Of a stretch of DNA of 56,309 nucleotides, positions 11,708 to 21,055 are shown in pieces (the first letter of the stretch is position 1; every line of letters starts with the position of its first letter). Both the position numbers and the translations under genes were made by a program. Source of the stretch: an uncultured Pseudomonadota bacterium (lineage in GTDB: Bacteria; Pseudomonadota; Alphaproteobacteria; RF32; CAG-239); assembly GCA_902763905.1 (NCBI GenBank), contig CACWUA010000014.1:1-56309 (forward strand). Reading direction: 5' to 3'. Below the pieces are notes generated by a model. It worked only from the letters and a program-made list of their open reading frames with translations, did not search any database and had not been told where the DNA came from.

Positions 11708-13741
11708 ATGTGGATGAACAGTATTAACAAAGTAGAGCAATCTGATGCCATATCACCTCTCAATCATGATATAAGCGGTGCGTTTTCTCGTAAAGGGAAA
11801 ATTGTAAAAAAAATTAATCGAGATCCGCAATGGTTAGATACGCTGCTGGTGGTATTGTTTGTCTTTTTTCTGCCGGCTATTGATTTAATTTTGTTTGCCG
11901 GTTCCGGTGATTTGAAAATTGTTTCCGATTATTATATTCCGATTCCAGAAGTCGGAATTGTACTGAGCGGTATTCTGGCGATAGCTTTGTTGTTGATTGT
12001 GCCGTTTCATAAAAAGCGTATAGTGAAATATTCGTTGGCGGCGTCGATTGCGGTATTGTTCGTATATGTAATTTTTTGCCAGTTTTTCCTGTATTCACAT
12101 ATCTTTTCGTTAGGGAACGGAATGATACCTTTGTCTGTGGCAGTGGCGTTGCTTGTCGGCGGTGCGACCTTTGCTGTGTTTCAGCAAAAAAAAGTATTTT
12201 TTAAAGTATTATATGTTATTGCGTTTGCTGTGATGTTTGTAAACGTATATTCAGCATATTCAGGTAAAGCCGGTAATAAAGAATTTGAAGAAACGTATAA
12301 TATACAAAAACCTAGTATCGTACCAGCTGAGCGCTTTATTTATTTTATGCTGCCTAATTTAGAGTCTTATGCTTATCTGACCATGATGAACAATGATTCC
12401 GCCAGAAAAACACAGGATATAATGCAAGGCTTTTATCAAAAAAATAAATTTATCGTATATTCAAAAGCATATGTTCCGGAAAATAATTATTACGCCAATA
12501 TGATACGTAGTTTGAATCCGACTTCGAATGAATTAAGTTTTGAACATCGATTAAATACCAGATTGCTTGATAGATATTGGAGCTTTCATAACATTAAAAA
12601 TGAGTATATTTTTATTAAAAACAATGAATTATATGATATATTTAAGAAAAAGGATTATCAAATTTCAGCGTATAAATCTCGAGATTTTGATATGTGTCAT
12701 CAACAACATCAATTTAATGTTGAGCGTTGTGTTGAAAAAATCAATAAGCCGATAAATTTGTATAATACACAGTTGCCAGTAATGTCTCGAGCCGGAATTC
12801 TGGCTGTGGAGTGGATTATAAATATGCGTCTGTTTGACGACGCTTCATTTATTTATAATATGATAAGCTCTGTTATCAATATCGAAAATATACCGATGGT
12901 CGGTACCGATTTCAATAACCTGTATGTGGTAAATGCGGATAAAACTTTTGATGTTTTGTTTGAAGATGTTAAACAAGACAGCGGAAAACAAGCATATTTT
13001 GTATTTATGGATTTGCCTTCTGATATGTATGTATATGATGAGTATTGCCAGATAAAACCGCAGAATAAATGGATATCAATGATAAATTTGCCATGGATAA
13101 GAAGAGATTATAAAGAAAAAAGACAAGAGGCATATTTGCAGCAAACACGCTGTTTGTTTGGTAAAATGTCAGAATTTATCGAAAATTTGCGTGCCGATAA
13201 TATGTTAAATAACACTACAATTATCATTCAAGGAACATCCGGAGTTAATGATTTTTCAAGTGCCGTTAATGAGGTTTCTGTTGAACAGATTATGGGTAAT
13301 CGTATTGTTAATATGGCAATTTTCGATGCCTTAAAAGCAAAATATGAGGAAGATGAACGCTTTTGTACGACAAATCAAATACTAAAAGAATATTTGTTTA
13401 AGGAACAAAGGTGTGAAAATAATTTATCGGATTATCATCAGAAGATGGTGGATACGGTGGTTGAACAATTGAATTTGTATAATCGTAACATCAATGCAAA
13501 TAAAATCAATGTATATGAAAATTGGTATGACGAATGGAAAAAACAGCAAAAAAACAAGGAGATGAATACAGAAGTCTCTGAAGAATCTTTATTTGAGACA
13601 GAAACGATTGATAATGCGATGTCAGAGACTGAGGTAATTAACGCAAAAATGGAAGATAATGAAGCGATTGTTCGGGTTGATGTTGATAATTCAACTGATG
13701 ACGAAGGAAATATTGGCGATTTATTTGGAGTTGACCGATGA
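11708..13741 (+). CDS. Membrane protein with probable degenerate sulfatase/alkaline-phosphatase-fold domain
   Basis: About five N-terminal TM helices then a large soluble domain; NNTTIIIQGTSG sits where the superfamily usually has ...IIxxxDHG; acidic tail. Confidence 0.5.
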   Translation: MWMNSINKVEQSDAISPLNHDISGAFSRKGKIVKKINRDPQWLDTLLVVLFVFFLPAIDLILFAGSGDLKIVSDYYIPIPEVGIVLSGILAIALLLIVPFHKKRIVKYSLAASIAVLFVYVIFCQFFLYSHIFSLGNGMIPLSVAVALLVGGATFAVFQQKKVFFKVLYVIAFAVMFVNVYSAYSGKAGNKEFEETYNIQKPSIVPAERFIYFMLPNLESYAYLTMMNNDSARKTQDIMQGFYQKNKFIVYSKAYVPENNYYANMIRSLNPTSNELSFEHRLNTRLLDRYWSFHNIKNEYIFIKNNELYDIFKKKDYQISAYKSRDFDMCHQQHQFNVERCVEKINKPINLYNTQLPVMSRAGILAVEWIINMRLFDDASFIYNMISSVINIENIPMVGTDFNNLYVVNADKTFDVLFEDVKQDSGKQAYFVFMDLPSDMYVYDEYCQIKPQNKWISMINLPWIRRDYKEKRQEAYLQQTRCLFGKMSEFIENLRADNMLNNTTIIIQGTSGVNDFSSAVNEVSVEQIMGNRIVNMAIFDALKAKYEEDERFCTTNQILKEYLFKEQRCENNLSDYHQKMVDTVVEQLNLYNRNINANKINVYENWYDEWKKQQKNKEMNTEVSEESLFETETIDNAMSETEVINAKMEDNEAIVRVDVDNSTDDEGNIGDLFGVDR

Positions 13742-14665
13742 TTTTGGCAGAGAAAGTACATATATTTTGTAAGAATAGACGTGCTTTCTGGTCGTTGATA
13801 TTGTTTTCGATATTGTTTTTACTTTCATTGTTTTCCAAATTAATAGCAAATGATAAGCCTTTGATAATAAAGTATAATAATCAAATTTTATTTCCAGCTT
13901 TTAAAACTTATACCGATGCATATTTTGGTGGTGATTTTCCGACTGCAGTTGACTATAATGATAAGTTGATTAAAACTAACATTGCTCGCAATGGTTGGAT
14001 GATAATGCCTCCGATACCATATTCTTTTAATACGGTTGATTATTATCTGAATACGGCAACCCCGTCTGCACCTGATAAGCAACATTGGTTAGGTACGGAC
14101 GAGGAGGGGCGTGATATTGTAGCACGTTTATTGTACGGAATCAGGTTATCGGTGGTTTTTGCTTTTTTATTGACAGCAGTTTCTTCTTTGTTCGGCATAT
14201 TTATTGGGGCTGTTCAGGGATATTTTGGCGGAAAGGTTGATCTGATTTTACAAAGGTTTATCGAAATATGGGATTCTTTACCGCAATTGTTTATACTAAT
14301 AATAATTGCCAGTGTCTTTTTACCGACATTTTGGAGTTTGCTTATTATTTTGTGCTTTACAAAGTCTTCGGCGTAGTCGAATTATTTTCAGACATATTCT
14401 TCCTAATGCTGTGGTTACTTCAGTAACATTTATACCATTTATAATGGCAGAAGCAATAACTTCATTAAGCGCACTTGACTTTTTGGGATTGGGACTACCG
14501 ACAGATTATCCGTCATTGGGTGATTTAGTAAGGCAAGGTAAGGATAATTTACAAGCTCCGTGGATAGGTATAAGTATTTTTGTGGTTTTATCGAGTTTGT
14601 TATCGATGTTGATTTTTATCGGCGAGGGGATTCGTGATGCTCTTGATACAAGGAAAAACGGATGA
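13738..14665 (+). pseudogene. yejE: Peptide ABC transporter permease YejE, split by an internal deletion/frameshift near 14350-14375
   Basis: Frame 1 has HWLGTDEEGRD and GAVQGYFGG; frame 2 continues RIIFRHILPNA...LDFLGLGLP...SLG. The intervening EAA-loop segment is missing. May be an assembly artefact. Confidence 0.8.
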
Positions 14666-16242
14666 GTATGCTCGAAATTAAACATTTATCGATAGCTTTT
14701 AACGGTCGAAAAAACGATAAGTTTCAGGCAGTTAATGATGTAAACTTAAAATTGGAACAAGGCGAAATTCTGGGAATTGTCGGTGAGTCCGGTTCCGGTA
14801 AATCTGTTACGGCACTTTCCGTTTTGGGATTGTTACCATATCCTAAGGCAGAGTATACCACAGAATCTTCTATTATTTTTGAAAATCAAGAACTTATAGG
14901 ACTGGATGAGAAAAAATTTCAACAGATTCGTGGCAATAAAATAGCTTTTATTTTTCAAGAGCCAATGTCATCATTGAATCCGTTGCATAAAATAGGTAAA
15001 CAAATTGCCGAAAGTTTGAAGTTGCATCAAAATTTGAGCCGAGTGGAGATTAAAAAGCGTACAGTAGAATTGTTAGAAGCTGTTAAAATTCCGGATCCGC
15101 AAAATAAAATGAATGCTTATCCGTTTGAATTGTCAGGAGGACAGCGGCAACGGGTTATGATTGCCATGGCAATTGCGAATAATCCGCAAATTTTGATTGC
15201 AGATGAGCCGACAACGGCTCTTGATGTAACAATTCAAGAACAAATCATTGATTTATTGATGGAATTAAAGCAAAAAATAGGTATGTCTATTATTTTTATT
15301 AGTCATAATCTGCGTTTGGTACATAAAATTGCCGATAAGATTGCGGTAATGTATAAAGGAGAATTAATAGAATACGGAAGTGCCGATACCGTATTTATAA
15401 CACCGCAACATAGTTATACTAAAAAATTAATTTCATCAAATTTATTACTGAAAAATAATAATAAAAGCAAAAATGATGTAATTCTTAGAGCGGAAAATAT
15501 TGCTGTCAGCTTTCCATTGAAGAAAAATTTGTGGGGAAGGGTGGTTAAAGAATTGAAGGCTGTCGATAATGTCAGTTTTACGCTTAATAAAGGAGAAACA
15601 CTGGGAATTGTTGGGGAGTCTGGTTCCGGTAAAACCACATTGGCTTTATCCGTGGTTAATTTAGTAAATCACGTGGGAAAAATATATATTAAAAACAATA
15701 GTATATTTAAGGAAGTTAATAAATTTTCCAAGGATTTACAGATCGTTTTCCAAGATCCGTATAATTCATTGAATCCACGTATGAATATTGCACAAATTAT
15801 AGAAGAAGGTTTAACAGTTCATTATCCACAACTTTCTGAAGCCGAGAGATTGAATAAAATCAAAGAGATAATCAATGAAGTTGAATTAAGCGAGGATATT
15901 CTGAATAAGTATCCACATGAGTTTTCGGGTGGACAGCGACAAAGAATTGCTTTGGCACGTGCTTTGGTATTAAACCCGAAAATAATTATTTTAGATGAAC
16001 CAACATCGGCATTGGATGTTACGGTTCAGGCTCAGGTTATCGGTTTATTGAAAAATTTGCAAAATAAATATGATTTATCGTACATCTTTATTTCGCATGA
16101 TATGCATGCGGTTCGTGCTATGGCGCACCAAGTTTTGGTGATGAAAAACGGAAAAATCGTTGAAAACGGTTCGGCAGATGTGATTTTCAATAATCCGATG
16201 CATGCATATACCAAACAGCTGATTCATGCTTCAATTTTATAA
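14662..16242 (+). CDS. yejF: Peptide ABC transporter, fused double ATPase (YejF-like)
   Basis: Two GESGSGK Walker A motifs, two SGGQRQR signatures, two DEPT.ALDVT motifs. Confidence 0.9.
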   Translation: MSMLEIKHLSIAFNGRKNDKFQAVNDVNLKLEQGEILGIVGESGSGKSVTALSVLGLLPYPKAEYTTESSIIFENQELIGLDEKKFQQIRGNKIAFIFQEPMSSLNPLHKIGKQIAESLKLHQNLSRVEIKKRTVELLEAVKIPDPQNKMNAYPFELSGGQRQRVMIAMAIANNPQILIADEPTTALDVTIQEQIIDLLMELKQKIGMSIIFISHNLRLVHKIADKIAVMYKGELIEYGSADTVFITPQHSYTKKLISSNLLLKNNNKSKNDVILRAENIAVSFPLKKNLWGRVVKELKAVDNVSFTLNKGETLGIVGESGSGKTTLALSVVNLVNHVGKIYIKNNSIFKEVNKFSKDLQIVFQDPYNSLNPRMNIAQIIEEGLTVHYPQLSEAERLNKIKEIINEVELSEDILNKYPHEFSGGQRQRIALARALVLNPKIIILDEPTSALDVTVQAQVIGLLKNLQNKYDLSYIFISHDMHAVRAMAHQVLVMKNGKIVENGSADVIFNNPMHAYTKQLIHASIL

Positions 16243-16487
16243 ATTTGGCTCAGATTGTATAAAATTGCTTGATGTGTGTATAAAACTATACATAATATAT
16301 ATTATGCGACAAATTTGTTTATAGAAATTAGTTAATCAAAATAATATTAAATCCTCTATTGAAACTGCATTCCATCAGGAGAACCAAAGTTGACACGTCA
16401 ATACTGCCGTCATGCCTCGATTCCGACAGGAAAGGAAAGTATTGTTTTTTTAATAAAGCATAACCTATTGCAAGTTATTGATTAAGA

Positions 16488-17753
16488 TTATTTATGCGGC
16501 AGCATCTTTTGTATTTTTTCATAACTCGGATATGTTTTAATATTTCCGAGTAATGTATAAGTCAGAGGTTCGGTAAAAATTAATTGCGCAGCGTGCATAA
16601 TATCATCTTTACTGATGTTTTCTATTATCTCTATTATTTTTTCCAACGGCAAATTATCATTATGTAATAAATGACGACGGGAAATCATTTCCGCAGTTGC
16701 CGAAGAACTTTCTAAAGACATCAACATCCCGGCTTTACTCTGCACTTTGGCACGGTTTAATTCCGCATCGCTGACCGGTTCGTTACATATACGTTTTATT
16801 TCATCGGCTACTACCGGTATGTAATTGCTGATCTCATCTGCATCCAGACCGGCATATATACCAAACACTCCGCTTCCGGTATATGAATTGTTGAAGCTGT
16901 ACACACTATAAACCAGTCCGCGTTTTTCTCTTATTTCTTGGAATAAGCGCGAGGACATACCATTACCGAGAACGTATGACATTAAGGCAATCGGATAACG
17001 GTTATCATCATGGCAATTGCAAGATTTAAAACCCATCATTACTTGAGACTGCTCTGTATCTCGTTGTTTGGCAAAACATCCGCCGGTATAAATTTGTTTA
17101 TCAGGTACAAAACTTTTGTTTTTTTGTAATGCCGACATTCTGGCTTCAACCATTTTGGTAAAAAGTTCATGCTGCAAATTACCAACAGCGCATACCACGA
17201 TATTTTCCGCAGCATAATTATGAGACATATAATCAAGCAAAGTGTCGGCATTAAATGAACGTACTTTATCCGCAGGTCCCAATATACTGCGGCCGAGTGC
17301 CTGATTTTGGAAAGTCGTTTCTTGAACATAATCATAAAATATATCGTTGGGATCATCGAAATTCTGTTTGATTTCTTGTACCACAACTTCCCTCTCCTTG
17401 CTTAATTCATTTTCGCTAAAGGTCGGAGCCATTATCATATCGGCCAAAACATCAAGAGCGAGTTCTAAATCATTTTTCAGCATTTTGGCGTAAAATACCG
17501 TAAATTCGCGTGAGGTATAAGCATTGGTACTGCCTCCGGCGTTTTCGATGTCTTCAGATATTTGCAATGCATTGCGTTTTTGCGTTCCTTTGAACACCAT
17601 GTGTTCCAAAAAATGTGAAATACCGTTATTATCAATGCGTTCATAAGCACTTCCGGTATTAACCCAAATACCTACCGAGACTGTCTCGGTTTGCGGCCTT
17701 TCTACCGAGATTACGCGCAATCCGTTTGCCAATATTGAAACATTTATTTCCAT
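16488..17753 (-). CDS. M16 family zinc peptidase (MPP-like)
   Basis: HFLEH inverted zincin, NAYTS, GMSSRLFQEIREKRGLVYSV. Confidence 0.95.
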   Translation of the reverse strand: MEINVSILANGLRVISVERPQTETVSVGIWVNTGSAYERIDNNGISHFLEHMVFKGTQKRNALQISEDIENAGGSTNAYTSREFTVFYAKMLKNDLELALDVLADMIMAPTFSENELSKEREVVVQEIKQNFDDPNDIFYDYVQETTFQNQALGRSILGPADKVRSFNADTLLDYMSHNYAAENIVVCAVGNLQHELFTKMVEARMSALQKNKSFVPDKQIYTGGCFAKQRDTEQSQVMMGFKSCNCHDDNRYPIALMSYVLGNGMSSRLFQEIREKRGLVYSVYSFNNSYTGSGVFGIYAGLDADEISNYIPVVADEIKRICNEPVSDAELNRAKVQSKAGMLMSLESSSATAEMISRRHLLHNDNLPLEKIIEIIENISKDDIMHAAQLIFTEPLTYTLLGNIKTYPSYEKIQKMLPHK

Positions 17754-17846
17754 AAAAACATCCCCTGCTCTAAAAATTCAATTTGACAGCATTATATTGT
17801 CTGATTAGGATAAATCAATAGCAATTATTAAAAAAGGAGTATGTAA

Positions 17847-18515
17847 ATGAACAAAAATCCACATTTTGCCGTTGTTCTTTCAGGATGCGGACGCGCTGAC
17901 GGTTCAGAAATTCATGAGGCGGTATTTGCTTTGTTATGCATCGAAAATTTGGGTTGTACATATCAATGTTTTGCCCCGAATATAAAACAGGCGGCTGTGA
18001 TTAATCACCTGAATAACGAGCCGATGGATGAAATTCGCAATGTGTTGATTGAATCAGCACGTATTGCCCGTGGGGATATTATGGATTTAAAGGAATTTAA
18101 TGTTGATGATTTTGATGGTATTATTTTTCCCGGCGGTCTGGGGGCGGTAACAAACTGGTGCGATTTTGCTCAAAAAGGCGTTGAGTGCGCGGTTGATACA
18201 AGTGTGCGCGCGGTTATCCGTAAATGCTATGATAAAGGGCTCGTTATCGGCGCAATGTGTATTGCGCCGGCTATGGTGGCGGTTGTTCTGGCTGATAAAA
18301 AAATACACTTTACGCTTGGAGCCGGCGGCGCAACTGCACAAAAGCTGGAAAAACTCGGGGTTGTGCATGAAGAAGTCGGAGTTACTGATGTCTGTATAGA
18401 CCGCGAAAACCGTATATGCACCACACCGGCATATATGCTTGCCACTAATATGACAGATGTTTGCCAAGGTGCACAAAACCTTATTGGGGCTATGTGTCAA
18501 TTGATTGATAGATAA
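17847..18515 (+). CDS. elbB: ElbB / ES1 family glyoxalase (DJ-1 superfamily)
   Basis: VVLSGCG..DGSEIHEAV, ESARIARG, PGG.G, CIAP and TTPAYM motifs. Confidence 0.92.
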   Translation: MNKNPHFAVVLSGCGRADGSEIHEAVFALLCIENLGCTYQCFAPNIKQAAVINHLNNEPMDEIRNVLIESARIARGDIMDLKEFNVDDFDGIIFPGGLGAVTNWCDFAQKGVECAVDTSVRAVIRKCYDKGLVIGAMCIAPAMVAVVLADKKIHFTLGAGGATAQKLEKLGVVHEEVGVTDVCIDRENRICTTPAYMLATNMTDVCQGAQNLIGAMCQLIDR

Positions 18516-18537
18516 CGGATAGGTGTCCCCCGTATAG

Positions 18538-18866
18538 TGAACTGTGCCCGAAAATTTGGACAAGTAAAAAAGTCCCGAGGGCAGCTCATCAGAAGGTAGT
18601 TAACAAATGGCATCGGCGCTCGGCCGGTGTCATTTTGCTTAAGTTCCGCTGATTATGTTCATTATTATAATAATAAATATAATTTTCAACCAAAGTTTTC
18701 ACTTCATCAAAGGTTTAGCAGAATTTGATATCCAAATTATCTATTAAGTGCCCGAAAAAGCTCTCAATCAGGGCATTATCCAAATTAATTTAAAGAAGCC
18801 CCCTTTGAAAGCTTTTTTCTTCCAAAGGGGGCTTCTTTTCAACTCTATTTTCTGGTATACAGTTCA
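18538..18866 (-). mobile_element. Internally deleted IS3-family (IS150-like) element, 329 bp, non-autonomous
   Basis: Imperfect terminal inverted repeats TGAACTGTGCCCGAAAAT / TGAACTGTATACCAGAAAAT (rc) with TG...CA ends. Minus strand 18780-18589 reads DNALIESFFGHL...C*TFDEVKTLVENYIYYYNNEH..NLSKMTP, the C-terminus of IS3 OrfB with one internal stop. Confidence 0.88.
18793..18837. terminator. Perfect 15-bp hairpin inside the IS remnant, terminator-like
   Basis: AAGAAGCCCCCTTTG...CAAAGGGGGCTTCTT followed by T residues. Confidence 0.6.
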
Positions 18867-19111
18867 CAAAAACAGTGGATATCTATTTGAGAATTTGGTA
18901 ACAGCTTAAACTAATGGTACCATACACAAACATAACCGCTGCCTTTTCAACGGGGTCTAAATTAATAATATAAATCATAATTAAATCTATATTTATTTTT
19001 TAGTTTTTGTCAATATCTATTTTCGGAAATCGTTATTTTTTTTGCTTGCATTCCTTATTTTTTGTTTTATTCTGATTAGCAGCTGAATTTTGATAATATA
19101 AGGAAGATAAA

Positions 19112-20548
19112 ATGAAAACCAGAACCAGATTTGCGCCGAGCCCGACCGGATATATGCATATCGGTAATTTGCGCACAGCGCTTTATGAGTACTTAATCGC
19201 CAAGTCTGACGGCGGCGATTTTATTTTGCGTATTGAAGATACTGATCAAAAACGTTACGTTGAAGGTGCAACCGATATTATTTACAAAACATTGAAACGT
19301 GTCGGTATGAATTGGGATGAAGGGCCGGATATCGGCGGAAATTACGGACCTTATGTACAATCTGAACGCAAACCGTTATATGCCGAATATGCTCATAAAT
19401 TAGTTGAACTTGGTGGTGCATATTATTGTTTTTGCGCTCAAAAAGAAGAAGATAAAGAGGCTGATGAAGATACTCCGGAAGCTCATATTAAGCTAAAAGA
19501 TCCTTGTAAACATATACCTTTGGATGAAGCTAAAGCACGTATATCAGCCGGAGAGCCGTTTGTGGTGCGCCAAAATATCAATAAAAAAGGTACATCGATA
19601 TTTCATGATGTAGTATATGGTGATATTGAAATTGATTATGATGAGTTGGATGAAGGAGTGTTACTTAAAAGCGATGGTTTACCTACCTATAACTTTGCCA
19701 ATGTAATCGATGATCATTTGATGCAGATAACTCATGTGGTGCGCGGCAATGAATATATTTCATCAACGCCGAAATATAATTTGATTTATGAGGCTTTTGG
19801 CTGGACACCGCCGGTATATGTTCATGTTCCTCCGGTAATGAAAGATGCTCAGCATAAACTAAGTAAGCGTAATGGTGATGCGTCATTTCAGGATTTAGTA
19901 GCCAAAGGTTATCTGCCGGAAGCGATTCTGAATTATATTGCCCTACTCGGCTGGAATCCAGGGGATGAAAGGGAAATATTTTCACTTCAGGAACTTGAAA
20001 AGTGTTTTTCAAGTGACAGGTTAAATAAATCTCCGGCTATTTTCGATATTACCAAACTGACTTGGATGAACGGATGTTACATCCGTAATTTGTCTGCCGA
20101 AGAATTTCATAAATTAGCAATGTCGTATTATACTGATTTGCCGCAATCAATCGATTTTACGGCATTGAGTGCAGTATTGCAGCCGCGAATCGAAACTTTG
20201 GCGCAAATTTCCGAGGAAACGGCATTTTTAGCGGAAGTTCCGGAATATACAAACGAGCTTTATTTAAATAAAAAAATGAAAACGGATACGGATATCGCAT
20301 TAAAAGCTCTGCAGTTGGTTTTGCCGATACTGGAAAATACCGAGGTATGGACCAATGAAAATCTTTTTGAAACCTTAAAAAGCGTGGCAATGGACAACGT
20401 GATGAAAAACGGTCAAATCCTCTACCCCGTTCGCATTGCTCTTTCAGGAAAAGAAACAACTCCGGGAGGAGCAACTGAACTGGCTTGTGTGCTGGGTAAG
20501 GCAGAAACGCTGAAACGCGTTCGTAAAGCTATTGAAAAACTTTCGTAA
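19112..20548 (+). CDS. gltX: Glutamate--tRNA ligase
   Basis: RFAPSPTGYMHIGN (HIGH), LRIEDTD, KLSKR (KMSKS). Confidence 0.97.
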   Translation: MKTRTRFAPSPTGYMHIGNLRTALYEYLIAKSDGGDFILRIEDTDQKRYVEGATDIIYKTLKRVGMNWDEGPDIGGNYGPYVQSERKPLYAEYAHKLVELGGAYYCFCAQKEEDKEADEDTPEAHIKLKDPCKHIPLDEAKARISAGEPFVVRQNINKKGTSIFHDVVYGDIEIDYDELDEGVLLKSDGLPTYNFANVIDDHLMQITHVVRGNEYISSTPKYNLIYEAFGWTPPVYVHVPPVMKDAQHKLSKRNGDASFQDLVAKGYLPEAILNYIALLGWNPGDEREIFSLQELEKCFSSDRLNKSPAIFDITKLTWMNGCYIRNLSAEEFHKLAMSYYTDLPQSIDFTALSAVLQPRIETLAQISEETAFLAEVPEYTNELYLNKKMKTDTDIALKALQLVLPILENTEVWTNENLFETLKSVAMDNVMKNGQILYPVRIALSGKETTPGGATELACVLGKAETLKRVRKAIEKLS

Positions 20549-20564
20549 GTATAAGGAGTTGAAT

Positions 20565-21047
20565 ATGAAATATTTTACTATAATTGCGGTATCTGTTTTG
20601 TTGACAACAACAGTTAATGCTCAGGGCTTGGATGGTGAATTCGAGCGTATGGATATTGACGACGACGGTTATATTTCGGCTGAAGAGATTTCTGTTGTTC
20701 AAGATCAGACTATGACACAGCAAAACAAAGAAACGTTTACACTGTTGGATAAGGACGGAAACGGTTCCATAAATAAGCAAGAATATACCGAGTTTTATTC
20801 ATCTTTGGCGGCTGCTCAAGGAGGAGATAAGCCTGATTTGAATAAAAACTTTTCGGCTTTGGATACAAATCATGACAGTAAGATCAGTGCCAAAGAATTG
20901 GAAAATTTTCGTTCTGAGACCAAAGAAACACACAATCAGATGGTTATCGAAGCTCTTGATGCCGATAAAGACGGCAGAATTTCTCGAGAAGAATATGATG
21001 ATTTTGTAAAGTCAATGTCTGAAATGTTCGGCGCAGTTCAGTTTTAA
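20565..21047 (+). CDS. Secreted four-EF-hand calcium-binding protein
   Basis: Signal peptide from ATG 20565 (after AAGGAG); loops DIDDDGYISAEE, DKDGNGSINKQE, DTNHDSKISAKE, DADKDGRISREE. Confidence 0.9.
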   Translation: MKYFTIIAVSVLLTTTVNAQGLDGEFERMDIDDDGYISAEEISVVQDQTMTQQNKETFTLLDKDGNGSINKQEYTEFYSSLAAAQGGDKPDLNKNFSALDTNHDSKISAKELENFRSETKETHNQMVIEALDADKDGRISREEYDDFVKSMSEMFGAVQF

Positions 21048-21055
21048 GCGACTAA

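Noticed and set aside
18883-18978. 31-codon minus-strand ORF MIYIINLDP... beside the IS remnant
   Set aside because: Too short, no RBS; the resemblance to a GT25 N-terminus is only a few residues.
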